Source of the DNA: Acidobacteriota bacterium
Lineage (GTDB): Bacteria > Acidobacteriota > Blastocatellia > RBC074
Direction: 5' to 3'
NCBI GenBank assembly: GCA_018269055.1
Contig: JAFDVI010000001.1
Location: forward strand, 69,443-133,442
Length of the DNA: 64,000 nt
Under the pieces are notes generated by a model, which was given only the letters and a program-made list of their open reading frames with translations, searched no databases and had not been told where the DNA came from. Below are positions 10,535 to 19,761 of the stretch, piece after piece. Numbering within the stretch: position 1 is the first letter of the stretch; every line of letters begins with the position of its first letter. The translations under genes and the position numbers were made by a program.

Positions 10535-10963
10535 TTAGTAATCGCCGCCGCCGCGACGATCGTAACCACCACGATCTCCGCCGCGTCCGCCTCCACTACG
10601 ACCACCGCCGCGTCCGCCGCCAAATCCGCCGCCACGACCTCCGCCGCGTCCGCCACCGCCGCCAAAGCCGCCACCACGACCACCGCCACCACCAAAACCG
10701 CCGCCGCTGCGGGGTTCGCGCGGACGCGCTTCATTGACGGTCAAGGTGCGACCTTCCAATTCACGACCATTGAAATTCTGAACCGCTGCGTCGGCTGCCT
10801 CCTGTGTGTCCATCTGAACAAATGCAAAGCCGCGCGAACGACCGGTGTCACGATCCGTCACAATGCTGACGTTTTCGACCGTGCCTACCTGGGCAAAAAT
10901 TTCTTCCAAATCCTGCTCCGTCACGTTGAAAGGCAGGTTACCAACGTACAAACGCACTGACAT
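10535..10963 (-). CDS. Glycine-rich RNA-binding protein with a single RRM domain
   Basis: Contains the RNP2 motif LYVGNL and the RNP1 motif RGFAFVQM, then an RGG/GGF repeat tail. An AAGGA RBS precedes the ATG at 10963. The longer ORF to 11056 lacks an RBS. Confidence 0.9.
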   Translation of the reverse strand: MSVRLYVGNLPFNVTEQDLEEIFAQVGTVENVSIVTDRDTGRSRGFAFVQMDTQEAADAAVQNFNGRELEGRTLTVNEARPREPRSGGGFGGGGGRGGGFGGGGGRGGGRGGGFGGGRGGGRSGGGRGGDRGGYDRRGGGDY

Positions 10964-11367
10964 AAATTTTCCTTTGAAGTACTGGGGAAGCAGGCACTGG
11001 CGGACGGAAACGGTCTCCGGAATACGCAATCGTGACTGAGAGAGCAAAAGAACCAACAGACGACGAACTGAGCTGCTTCTAAAATTGCAAACGACCTTCT
11101 CTCTAACTACCGACTGCGCAAACCGAAACTGCTATGGAGACGCATTCACCGTTGATGCTAGCGAGCAGGCAAGGCTGGAAACTTGATCTCAAACCGAACC
11201 AACCGACACGCAACCGACTGCTTCCGTAAAAGCCCTCGATTTTGTGCTGTGAATTGAGATTGGGATATTTCCATCGCGCGCATCTTACCCGGCCAAATGA
11301 ATTTGGCAAATGCTTTTTTTGACCGAATAAAGATCGCACAAAGCTGCCAAATGGCTTTACCATAAGC

Positions 11368-12207
11368 TCAAAGAAGGTTGAACCCTTCCTGGCTGAATCC
11401 AACCCCGTCTGCTCCCATCCGTTTTCGCAATGCCTCAAGTAGCGGAATATGCGCGTTTTCTTCCAGCCAATGACCGTATCCAAGCGAACGTAAAAGTTCC
11501 GGCATCCCCAGCTCTGCGCTACGCCGCCCGCTGGCGCCATCGCCGTGAATCAGCGTGTCAACAACCGCGCGCGTCGCTCGCGGTGCAATCAGTTCGGCAA
11601 ACTCCGCTGCATCGCAAGGCAGCACGGGACTGATCGCCGCCTGCACTCTGATCCCGGCGCTTGTCATTCGCTCCAGCGTTTTCAATCGCCGCTCGATGCT
11701 CGGCGAAGCGGGCGTGATTTGCCGACGCACGTCTTCTCGATTCGTTTCCATCGTGAAACTCAGCCAAAGGCGATTGCCCAATTGAGCCAGCAAATCCACA
11801 TCCCGTTCAACCAACGGCGAACGCGTCTGCACCACCAGCAATCCGAAATCTCCTGCATTGGCAAAGATTTCCAGCAACCCGCGCGTCAATTTCAACCGGC
11901 TTTCCGCGCCTTGATACGGATCGGTCGCCGTGCTCATAAAAATCCGCAAGCTGCCGAATTCACCTTTGCGTTTGGTTTTCTCCAAATCCTGCTGCAACAC
12001 GTCCGCGGCGTTGATTTTGGCTTTAACCCAATCGCCCCACGCTTTGCCGGAAAATCGCTGCACGGGCATGGCGCGAACGTAACAATACGGACACGAGTTT
12101 TTGCCGTACGCACAGCCCTGATACGCATTGAGCGAATGTGTGTACGTGGACAGAAAGCCTCCCGTCGGATTGAGTATGGATTTGGCCTGAATCTCTTCGA
12201 TCATCAC
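11368..12207 (-). CDS. Radical SAM protein, SplB/COG1533-like (DNA repair photolyase / spore-photoproduct-lyase family)
   Basis: 279 aa. A Cys cluster GCAYGKNSCPYCYV sits near the N-terminus. Overall composition resembles COG1533 members. Confidence 0.55.
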   Translation of the reverse strand: MMIEEIQAKSILNPTGGFLSTYTHSLNAYQGCAYGKNSCPYCYVRAMPVQRFSGKAWGDWVKAKINAADVLQQDLEKTKRKGEFGSLRIFMSTATDPYQGAESRLKLTRGLLEIFANAGDFGLLVVQTRSPLVERDVDLLAQLGNRLWLSFTMETNREDVRRQITPASPSIERRLKTLERMTSAGIRVQAAISPVLPCDAAEFAELIAPRATRAVVDTLIHGDGASGRRSAELGMPELLRSLGYGHWLEENAHIPLLEALRKRMGADGVGFSQEGFNLL

Positions 12208-12310
12208 ATTTCGATTTCTTGCCCGGCTTCGCCAGCGGGAGTAGTATCGCCTCCGCTTTACCGCGACTTCAAACCTGAGCAGTCAAACTTTCCAGCAAAG
12301 GATCCTTCTC

Positions 12311-13702
12311 GTGTCACGACTCTCGCTCAAATCCTGGATGCGCAATGTTGCCAAGCTGTCGTTATTTTGCCTGTGCTGTATTGCTGTGAATTCAACACCG
12401 CCGAATACAGCCGCGCAGCACCAACCTAACATCATCTTCATTTATGCTGACGATCTGGGTTACGGCGATGTTGGATGCTTTGGCTCACTTGCGATCAAAA
12501 CGCCCAACCTGGATCGGATGGCGGCGGAAGGGTTGCGGCTGACGAACTTTTATTCCGTTGCGCCGGTGTGCACGCCTTCGCGAGCGGCGTTGATGACCGG
12601 CCGCTACGCCGCGCGCATGGGCATCCAGCAAATGCACCTGTCGAATGTGCTGACCTTTCAGGACAAAACCGGCATCCCGACCGATGAAACGCTGATTTCC
12701 GAAGCCCTGAAAGCGCGCGGTTATGCGACAGCGGCGATTGGCAAATGGCATTTGGGGACCGCGGCTCCGTACCGTCCGACGGATCGCGGATTCGATTATT
12801 ACTACGGCATTCCCTACAGCAACGACATGCAGCCTTCGATGTTGTGGCGCGGAACGGACATCATCGAACAACCCGTCAACCAGGACACGCTGACGCAACG
12901 CTATGCACAGGAAGCCGTCAGCTTCATTGAACGGTCAAAAGGCAAACCGTTCTTTTTGTATTTACCGCATAACATGCCGCACATTCCGCTGCACGCATCG
13001 GAAAAGTTCAAAGGCAAATCGGCGGCAGGCGCGTATGGCGACGCGGTTGAAGAAGTGGATTGGGCTGTCGGTGAGGTATTAGCCACGTTAAAACGATTGG
13101 GGTTGGATCGCGACACGCTGGTGATCTTTTCCAGCGACAACGGCCCCTGGTACGAAGGCAGTCCCGGCTCGCTTCGTGGCCGCAAAGGCTGGACATACGA
13201 CGGAGGCGTGCATGTTCCGTTCATCGCTCGCTGGCCGGGCAAAATCAAACCGCGCAGCGTTTCCGACGAACCGCTGGCGACGATTGATTTCTTTCAAACC
13301 GCGTTGGCCATCGCCGGAGAAAAGAACCCTGCCGCCGCGTCCAAACTTCCACTAGACGGCAACAACGCGCTGGCGTTCCTGCTTAACTTGGACAAAAAAG
13401 CTCCAGACAATGTGTATCTGTTTTTCGACGGACCGTATTTGCAAACCGCGCGCTGGGGACGTTGGAAGATTCACGTTGCGCGCTGGAACATTCCCCGCTA
13501 CACGGCGGCTTCCGGCCAACAGAAAAATAATAAGCTGGCAAAACCGGAACTGTACGATATGCCCCTTGACCCAGGAGAAAATTACAACGTCGCAGACCGC
13601 CATCAGGACATTGTCAAAGACCTGCAAACGCGCATTGCCGCTAAGCTGAAAACCTTTCCCGAAGAAATTAAACAAGCCAACGCCGACCTGATGAAGCCGT
13701 AA
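12311..13702 (+). CDS. Sulfatase (arylsulfatase family, formylglycine-dependent)
   Basis: Sulfatase signature [13 protein letters not shown] plus a second motif GKWHLG. Has a signal peptide. Confidence 0.9.
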   Translation: MSRLSLKSWMRNVAKLSLFCLCCIAVNSTPPNTAAQHQPNIIFIYADDLGYGDVGCFGSLAIKTPNLDRMAAEGLRLTNFYSVAPVCTPSRAALMTGRYAARMGIQQMHLSNVLTFQDKTGIPTDETLISEALKARGYATAAIGKWHLGTAAPYRPTDRGFDYYYGIPYSNDMQPSMLWRGTDIIEQPVNQDTLTQRYAQEAVSFIERSKGKPFFLYLPHNMPHIPLHASEKFKGKSAAGAYGDAVEEVDWAVGEVLATLKRLGLDRDTLVIFSSDNGPWYEGSPGSLRGRKGWTYDGGVHVPFIARWPGKIKPRSVSDEPLATIDFFQTALAIAGEKNPAAASKLPLDGNNALAFLLNLDKKAPDNVYLFFDGPYLQTARWGRWKIHVARWNIPRYTAASGQQKNNKLAKPELYDMPLDPGENYNVADRHQDIVKDLQTRIAAKLKTFPEEIKQANADLMKP

Positions 13703-13769
13703 TTTTGCGTTGCTTTTCCGCGCCAAGCTGGCTACTTTTAGCTTATGCCATTTCGGGAAAGGAGGCTGT

Positions 13770-14054
13770 ATGACAGAAATCACTTTTGAATCCGTATATG
13801 CCCAGGCTAGTCAGCTAACGCCAAACGAACGCGCGCGGTTAATTGAAGAGTTGGCCCAGGAGTTGATGCCATCGTCCTCTCCTGTACACGAAAAACTTTC
13901 CAACCAAGAACGCCGGGCGCGTATTAGAGCATTTCGAGGCAAGTATCGAGGCAGCGTTTCTAGCGTGGATGAGTTTTTGGCCAACAAACGCCAGGAAGTC
14001 GAACTTGAAGAAGCTCGCTATCTGGCGCGTCATCCCGGAGAGGCTCTGCAATGA
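13770..14054 (+). CDS. vapB: Antitoxin (VapB/Phd-like) of a second VapBC pair
   Basis: 94 aa. A GGAGG RBS lies at 13761-13765. Its stop overlaps the ATG of the PIN gene (ATGA at 14051-14054). Confidence 0.6.
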   Translation: MTEITFESVYAQASQLTPNERARLIEELAQELMPSSSPVHEKLSNQERRARIRAFRGKYRGSVSSVDEFLANKRQEVELEEARYLARHPGEALQ

Positions 14055-14455
14055 TTTACGTGCTGGATTCAAGCGCAATGATCGCCTTAGCCAATGACGA
14101 AACAGGTGCAGATGTTATTGAAAGCCTGCTCGCTGATCCGCAAAACAAATGCTACGCGCATGTGATCAACCTTTGCGAAGTCTTTTATGATGCGATTCGA
14201 CGTAGCAATGAAGCTCAGGCCGTAAATCTCATTAGTGAGCTTCGGAGTCTTGGGGTAATTGAAAACCGCGATTTGGTTACCGCGTTTTGGCAGCAAGCAG
14301 GCAGATTGAAGGCACTGCATCGGCGCGTTTCGCTGGCGGATTGCTTCGCGCTTGCGCTGACGTTGCGACTGGACAGCGAACTCGTCACCTCAGACCATCA
14401 CGAACTGGACGCGCTCGCCGCTGCAGGCGTTTGTCCAATCAAGTTCTTTCGTTAA
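14051..14455 (+). CDS. vapC: PIN-domain toxin, VapC family
   Basis: 134 aa. The N-terminus is MIYVLDSSAMIAL. Conserved acidic residues fit the PIN fold. Confidence 0.75.
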   Translation: MIYVLDSSAMIALANDETGADVIESLLADPQNKCYAHVINLCEVFYDAIRRSNEAQAVNLISELRSLGVIENRDLVTAFWQQAGRLKALHRRVSLADCFALALTLRLDSELVTSDHHELDALAAAGVCPIKFFR

Positions 14456-14492
14456 TCCCCTACGTTGTTGACCCTCATCGAAAAGAGGACAA

Positions 14493-15416
14493 ATGACAAA
14501 CTTCAGATTGAATTCGTTTTCCGCTCTGTGCCTGATGATTTCCATCTTCGGCGGAGCCGTTATCGCCAACGCCGCACCGCAAGAAGCGCAAACGCGCAAG
14601 CTCTGGGACAGCCAATTTTTCAAGGCCAAAAAACCAGCGACGGGCAAAGCGACAACGCCACGACGGCGATACCGCGTCGTCACGCCGCAAATTTCGCCGG
14701 ATCGCGTAAATGGCGACACGGTGCTCGGCATTACGTTGTGGCGATTACGCCCGGCTTCGGCCAAAGACGACAAAGAAGTTCGACTGTTCAAACATTCCAA
14801 AGACGACACCAAAGTCGTGCAGTGGACGCCGGAGCGAATTTCCGTGGACACGCCGCTGGCCATCGGACAGCGCGTGCGATTGAGCATCGAATCCGCTCGA
14901 ACGGGGTATCTGTACGTCATCAACCGCGAACTGTACGCCGATGGTTCGATGGGCGAGCCGTATTTGATCTTTCCGACGACGCGATTGCGTGGAGGCGAAA
15001 ACAAAGTCACGCTCGGACGCATCGTGGACATTCCGGCGCAGGAAGACAGCCCGAATTATTTCAACCTCGATCCTGACCGCGCCGATCTGGTGGGCGAATC
15101 GCTGAGCGTGCTGATCACTCCCGAACCATTGCCCGGGGTCAAAATCGGCGAAGATGCCATTCAACTTCCCCGCGCCGAGGTCGCCGAATGGGAAAAGAAA
15201 TGGGCTTCGCGCGTTGGACGATTGGAGATGGAAAATTCGGTCGGCAAAGCCTGGACGAAAGAGGAAAAAGAGGCCAGCGCTGCTGGCGGCAAACAACTCA
15301 AAGCCGGAAGCCCGGCGCCGCAAACCGTGTATTACCGCCCGGACGCCAAAGCGACTGACCCGATGATGATCAGCGTCAAATTGCATTACGGCAAAGCCAA
15401 AAGCGCCAGCAAATAA
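14493..15416 (+). CDS. Secreted hypothetical protein with a DUF4384-like core
   Basis: Has a signal peptide. The segment GYLYVINRE..DGS..PYLIFP resembles the DUF4384 signature. AAGAGGA RBS. Confidence 0.45.
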   Translation: MTNFRLNSFSALCLMISIFGGAVIANAAPQEAQTRKLWDSQFFKAKKPATGKATTPRRRYRVVTPQISPDRVNGDTVLGITLWRLRPASAKDDKEVRLFKHSKDDTKVVQWTPERISVDTPLAIGQRVRLSIESARTGYLYVINRELYADGSMGEPYLIFPTTRLRGGENKVTLGRIVDIPAQEDSPNYFNLDPDRADLVGESLSVLITPEPLPGVKIGEDAIQLPRAEVAEWEKKWASRVGRLEMENSVGKAWTKEEKEASAAGGKQLKAGSPAPQTVYYRPDAKATDPMMISVKLHYGKAKSASK

Positions 15417-15486
15417 GTGAACTCCGCCGGAAGCGGCTTCGTAGTCGCTTCCGGCAACCGTTCAACTTATTTTCCGTGGAGGTTTT

Positions 15487-16122
15487 ATGCACTGCCCTCA
15501 ATGCGGACAGCAACCGCCAACCGAACAAACTCGATTTTGCACGCACTGCGGATTTGCGCTCGGCGGGCTGAAAGAGTTTATGACGACGGGGTTGTTGCCC
15601 GGCTCACCCCGGCAACGAGACATCACGCTCGGCGGTGGGCTAATGCTGGTCGGCGCGCTGAAGGGATTCTTTCTGGCTGCCGGCATTATGGGTTGGCCCT
15701 GGGAAATCTTGATCCTTGCCCTCGGAGTATTCTACGGTTTACTCCAATTGTTCTTTCAATTATCGCCGCGTCAAAAAGGCTTGAGCCTGGGCGCGACGCT
15801 CATGTTCCTCGGCAGTGTGGTTGCGTTCCTGGCAGGAATGCATACCGAAGGTTTTGGAGCCATTCCGGTTGCGCTCGTCACCATCACGATGATTTTGTTC
15901 TGGAAGCGATTGTCAGCGGGGTTTCTGAAAATCTTCTTCGACAAAACCGATGCAGCACCTCCGCGCATGTCGCCGCAGCCGAAACCTGTTGCGGCGCTAC
16001 CGCCGGAGCAAACCCCGGCGGTAGATACAAATCGCGTCCGGCAAGACGTCTCGCCGGAACCCGGCAGCATCATCGAAGGCACCACCAAAACGCTGAATTT
16101 CAGCGGTATCAGCGAACAATGA
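15487..16122 (+). CDS. Zinc-ribbon membrane protein (hypothetical)
   Basis: N-terminal CPQC...CTHC zinc ribbon followed by 3-4 predicted TM helices. GGAGG RBS. Confidence 0.5.
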   Translation: MHCPQCGQQPPTEQTRFCTHCGFALGGLKEFMTTGLLPGSPRQRDITLGGGLMLVGALKGFFLAAGIMGWPWEILILALGVFYGLLQLFFQLSPRQKGLSLGATLMFLGSVVAFLAGMHTEGFGAIPVALVTITMILFWKRLSAGFLKIFFDKTDAAPPRMSPQPKPVAALPPEQTPAVDTNRVRQDVSPEPGSIIEGTTKTLNFSGISEQ

Positions 16123-16138
16123 CCGGCGCTATCGTAGA

Positions 16139-16745
16139 TTACCCTGAGCTACCGTTCTGTCCGTTGCCGTTTTTTCCGGGAAAACGCCGTTTCATCACGA
16201 TAGGTTTCGGCGGGCGGCGGATCGAATTGCCTGCCTCGTAAAGCTCGCTCAGCAAATGCACGCTCAGCGGGAGCGGGAAGTATTCGGATCCGGGGATGCC
16301 TCCCAAACTCATTCGTAAACGTCCTGGGCCAGCAACCCTCATTTCGATCAGTTCCCGCTGATAATCGTTGAAGTCTCTCATTAACTTCCCTATCCGCGTG
16401 ACTTTGTCATTCATCATTTCTTGAACCAGAAGCAGTTGCTCGGCAATGGCGCTTTCATTCGATATGGTTTGAACCAGTTTTGGCGAACAAACACGGAAGC
16501 CGCTATAAAACAGCATTGCCCGAATGCCTCTGGCTTCTTGAATCAGATTCTTGGCGCCGACCAGTAAATTCTCAATTTTATCAATTGTGTTCAACAGATA
16601 GTTCAGTCCCTCCAGGAAAATTGCCCTCTCCTCGGAGGCAAAGAATCTGGTTCGACCGGAATACCGAAGCGCTTCCATCAAGTCTTCGCACTCGCCTCTT
16701 GCGTCCTGCAGTTCCATTTCCAGTTGTGTAATCATTGTTGCACCT
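16139..16745 (-). CDS. Hypothetical protein. It is the last gene of the multi-REC operon and its 5' region carries direct repeats.
   Basis: An AAGGAGGTG RBS sits 6 nt upstream of the ATG at 16745 (MITQLEMELQ...). I recognise no known domain. The protein is predicted helical. Confidence 0.5.
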
Positions 16746-16820
16746 CCTTTTACCGATGAATCTTTCGTTCTCAATCAGGTGCATTTTCACGACGTTCGTA
16801 CACGGCAGGGCTTATCTTTC

Positions 16821-16888
16821 TCTGACAGGAGGCTGAAGTTTCTTGCGTTCGGACTTACGCTGGTCTGACGGGAGACTGAGCTTTCTTG
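16821..16888. promoter_or_regulatory. Tandem imperfect direct repeat (2 x 25 bp, 43-bp period), a candidate binding site for an OmpR-family regulator
   Basis: R1 is tctgacaggaggctgaagtttcttg (16821-16845) and R2 is tctgacgggagactgagctttcttg (16864-16888), 20 of 25 identical. A third partial cctgaca lies at 16907. The repeats sit between the wHTH-protein stop and the start of gene 16139-16745. Confidence 0.4.
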
Positions 16889-16958
16889 AAAGCGATCTTA
16901 CATAGGCCTGACAAACGGCTAACGTCACCGGTCAATTGCTTATGCCGGGAAATATTTG

Positions 16959-18905
16959 TTACTCCGATTCATCGGCCAGCCAGTAACCGCCGCCCGGTTC
17001 GTTGAGCAACAGGCGCGGATTCTCAGCATCGTCTTCGATCATTTTTCGCAATCGGCTGATAGCCACGTAAAGACGGTTGTTCTGATAGCTGTCATTTTCG
17101 CGGTACTCTTCCTTGAAGACTCGTTCGATGATTTCGCGCGGTGAATACAGTTGCCCGCGCCGTTCGGACAGCAAGCAAAGCAAATCATAGCTTTGCTTGC
17201 CTATGCGTAGGCGTTGACCACGCACCAACACAGCATGTTTTTCCTTATCAATTTCCAGCTTTCCACTGTGCGCTATTCGGTGAAGCGTTGCAGGTTGAGC
17301 GAGTTTGCCGCTGCTGACGGCGGCGGCAAGCAGTATATGAATCATGCGTACCAGTTCGCCTTTCACCAGTGATTCTGGATTGAGGCTCATAAACCGGCGC
17401 ATCGCTTCGAAGAGCATTCCCCAATGGTAGGTCGCCTGTCCCTGAACCAGCATGTTACTGGCCAATTTTCTGACGGTTTGGATGATGCGCGCTACGGGAC
17501 GTAGCGGCGGTTCCAACTCGCCGAAGTTGAAAATAGTGAAATCAGCGACCAAAGATTTTTCGAATTCGTGCAGCCAAATCAGCTTGTCGTTTTCGACCCA
17601 GTCGAATCGGATCATCGCTTCCAAAATTACGAAGTTCCAGAACAGCGGCATGGGGCCGGCACCGGCAAAATCCGTCAGCCAGGCCTTGCCAGTGCTATCG
17701 CTCAAAATACGCTCTCCGGAGGAAATGATTGGAGAATTGATCAGCGCCGGAAATCCGAAATCGCGGCGCATCATCTCCATCGGGTCGGGATATGTAATGG
17801 ACTCGCCGCCGAAGTAAAAGCGGATACTTCCCGGCGTAATTTCAAGTTTCATGTCCAGCAGAGTGGCTTTTTGCGCAAGAGCCTTTAGCCGCAATTCGTA
17901 TGCTTCAGGTGCCAAGCCGGAATAATCAAAGCCGAATCGCGATTGGCACAACGCGCCGAGAGATTCCCACTCATCTGAGAGATATTTTTCGCGAAAGCAA
18001 TAAGCAAGTGTCTCCTGGAAAAGCGTCTCAATTGTTTTGGCAACCGCCCTTTCATTGCCGCTGCGATACAATTCGATTAGCGAAGACACGCCGTCCAGAT
18101 CAGCCCCTATCAGCGTGTAAGCATTCAAGGCAAAATGGGTAACCGCTTGTGCGGATTTCAGTTGTGTTCGATTTAATCCGTCTGTTTTGGCAGAAACTTC
18201 GGAAGCTCGTTTGCTCTCTTCAGCGATCAACGATTCCCTTCCGCACACTACAAACAACGAAGTCTGTGGCTGATGGTCGGTAAAGGTGTGCACAAGCAAC
18301 GCAACTCGCCCGCCGCTCTGCCAATACAAGCGGGCAATTCGAATCAACCGTTCCTGCTGGAAAACCCGCCGAAACAGATATTCCAGTTCTTCTGCCTGGT
18401 TGGCCGCCTGCACGCGTTCCAGGCTGGGGCTGATTAGATCGGCCAAGTGCTGGAACGACGAAAGTCGCGACTGTTCATCGAACCGAATCTCCAGCTTTTC
18501 GTTACTCTGCGCATATTTTTTCAGGGCATTTTCAATTGCGCTGAGCAGCGCCTTCTTTCCTTCCTTCTTGCTGACGAAATCCACCGCAGGCGGCAATCCC
18601 TCCACCACCGGCCCCAGCGCTTTGCGAACCTGGTCGTAATCCGGCCAGCGGGTCATGATAATTTTAGGAATGCGGCGGTACTCCATTTTCTTGGCCAATG
18701 AAATACCGCTGGTGTCGCGACGGTTGTTGTCCTGTCGCAACCGTACATCAGTGATAAGTAGATTCACCCACGAATCAGCCATCACGCGCTCGGCCTCCTC
18801 GGAAGAAGCTGCGCACATCACTTCATAACCTGCTCGCTCCAAAATGTCAGCGCAGGTTTCCAGATAATCCGGATCGTTATCCACGACCAACAATCTCTTT
18901 TTCAT
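16959..18905 (-). CDS. Atypical response regulator: REC (with insertion) - protein-kinase-like/APH-like domain (probable pseudokinase) - OmpR/PhoB-type winged-helix DNA-binding domain
   Basis: The N-terminus is LLVVDNDPDYLE...LITDVRLRQDNNRRDTSGISL. The middle region resembles a kinase C-lobe: ...SSGERILSDSTGKAWLTDFAGAG is DFG-like, with a degenerate HGD catalytic loop. The C-terminal Trans_reg_C motif is YDLLCLLSERRGQLYSPREIIERVFKEEY...LYVAISRLRKMIEDD...GGGYWL. AGGAG RBS. Confidence 0.75.
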   Translation of the reverse strand: MKKRLLVVDNDPDYLETCADILERAGYEVMCAASSEEAERVMADSWVNLLITDVRLRQDNNRRDTSGISLAKKMEYRRIPKIIMTRWPDYDQVRKALGPVVEGLPPAVDFVSKKEGKKALLSAIENALKKYAQSNEKLEIRFDEQSRLSSFQHLADLISPSLERVQAANQAEELEYLFRRVFQQERLIRIARLYWQSGGRVALLVHTFTDHQPQTSLFVVCGRESLIAEESKRASEVSAKTDGLNRTQLKSAQAVTHFALNAYTLIGADLDGVSSLIELYRSGNERAVAKTIETLFQETLAYCFREKYLSDEWESLGALCQSRFGFDYSGLAPEAYELRLKALAQKATLLDMKLEITPGSIRFYFGGESITYPDPMEMMRRDFGFPALINSPIISSGERILSDSTGKAWLTDFAGAGPMPLFWNFVILEAMIRFDWVENDKLIWLHEFEKSLVADFTIFNFGELEPPLRPVARIIQTVRKLASNMLVQGQATYHWGMLFEAMRRFMSLNPESLVKGELVRMIHILLAAAVSSGKLAQPATLHRIAHSGKLEIDKEKHAVLVRGQRLRIGKQSYDLLCLLSERRGQLYSPREIIERVFKEEYRENDSYQNNRLYVAISRLRKMIEDDAENPRLLLNEPGGGYWLADESE

Positions 18906-19749
18906 GGTTTCGCTCCTGATTGGCTGATCGTTTGGCCGGCACAGACGGCTTTACTGGTTTCTGCCCCAACCACAAACCAGTAGCGGCATTGATGACGCGC
19001 TCTCTGCATTGCTCACGCATTCCGCCAACCGGCAGTTCCTCACTAGCGTCAAGCAGAATTTCCAATCCGCGGGTTTCCACCAATTCCTGGTGATACCGAT
19101 CCATGCGCTCGTTGGCGCTGTCGGTTCGCTTGAAGAAAAGCAGTGTTGCAGCTTCCGCCAGCACACCAGCCAAAGCGCTCAACACTGCCACATAAGTTTT
19201 ATCCTTGAGCGCCAGATATGTCCCGACAAAGATAAAAACCGCCCCCAAAACAGCGATGCCCAATCCTATCCGATAATTCCAGCGCGATTGCTGGCGAGCT
19301 TCTTCATAATCCTGATTGAGTTTGAGCACCAGCGTGTTGCTCGATTCACGATACCGGGATTCAAATTCCAAAGTGTTCCGCACTGCCGACAGTATCGCTG
19401 AAAATTCGTCTTTTTTGTCCACACAAGCTGCTGGACGCAGCTTCCCGTCCAATGACTCCTTGTTTGCTTTCCGCAGTGTTTCGTAATTCAGCCACCGAGT
19501 CAGAAGAATTTTGGGAACTTCCGGTGCTACCTTCAAAATGCGAATGCCGCTGATGTCCTGCTTGTTGCTATTGTTTTCCAATCGAACGTCCAGAATCGCC
19601 AGATCAATCCCGCCTTGCTCCAGAATTGCTTTGGCATCGTCTGGATTGGTTGCCGTCCTTACCTCAAAGTGCTTTCTGTCAAAATAATCCCGAAGCGATT
19701 CCAAATAATCGACATCATTGTCGGCCAGTAACAAGGTGTATTGAGCCAT
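18877..19749 (-). CDS. REC domain (with insertion) fused to a 2-TM membrane region and a short C-terminal tail
   Basis: Paralogous to the REC of the previous gene (LLLADNDVDYLE...LAILDVRLENNSNKQDISGIRIL...ILLTRW). Two hydrophobic helices follow (IGLGIAVLGAVFIFVGTYLAL; VAVLSALAGVLAEAATLLFF). AAAGGAG RBS. Its 3' end overlaps the next gene by 29 bp. Confidence 0.75.
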   Translation of the reverse strand: MAQYTLLLADNDVDYLESLRDYFDRKHFEVRTATNPDDAKAILEQGGIDLAILDVRLENNSNKQDISGIRILKVAPEVPKILLTRWLNYETLRKANKESLDGKLRPAACVDKKDEFSAILSAVRNTLEFESRYRESSNTLVLKLNQDYEEARQQSRWNYRIGLGIAVLGAVFIFVGTYLALKDKTYVAVLSALAGVLAEAATLLFFKRTDSANERMDRYHQELVETRGLEILLDASEELPVGGMREQCRERVINAATGLWLGQKPVKPSVPAKRSANQERNHEKEIVGRG

Positions 19750-19761
19750 CGAACGTCTCCT

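Noticed and set aside
10560-10700. Short tandem GGC-rich repeats; also checked for a CRISPR array
   Set aside because: They are coding low-complexity (RGG/GGF) repeats, not spacer-repeat architecture. No CRISPR-like arrays occur anywhere in the window.
10438-10737. ORFs over the Gly-rich tail of the RRM protein (both strands)
   Set aside because: They are products of the GGC/CGC repeat encoding the RGG tail. The translations are His/Arg or Ala/Val runs.
11292-11320. Plus-strand hairpin plus T-tract in the RRM leader region
   Set aside because: The stem is only 6 bp and AT-rich, and no plus-strand gene lies upstream. I kept it only as a possible feature in the leader finding.
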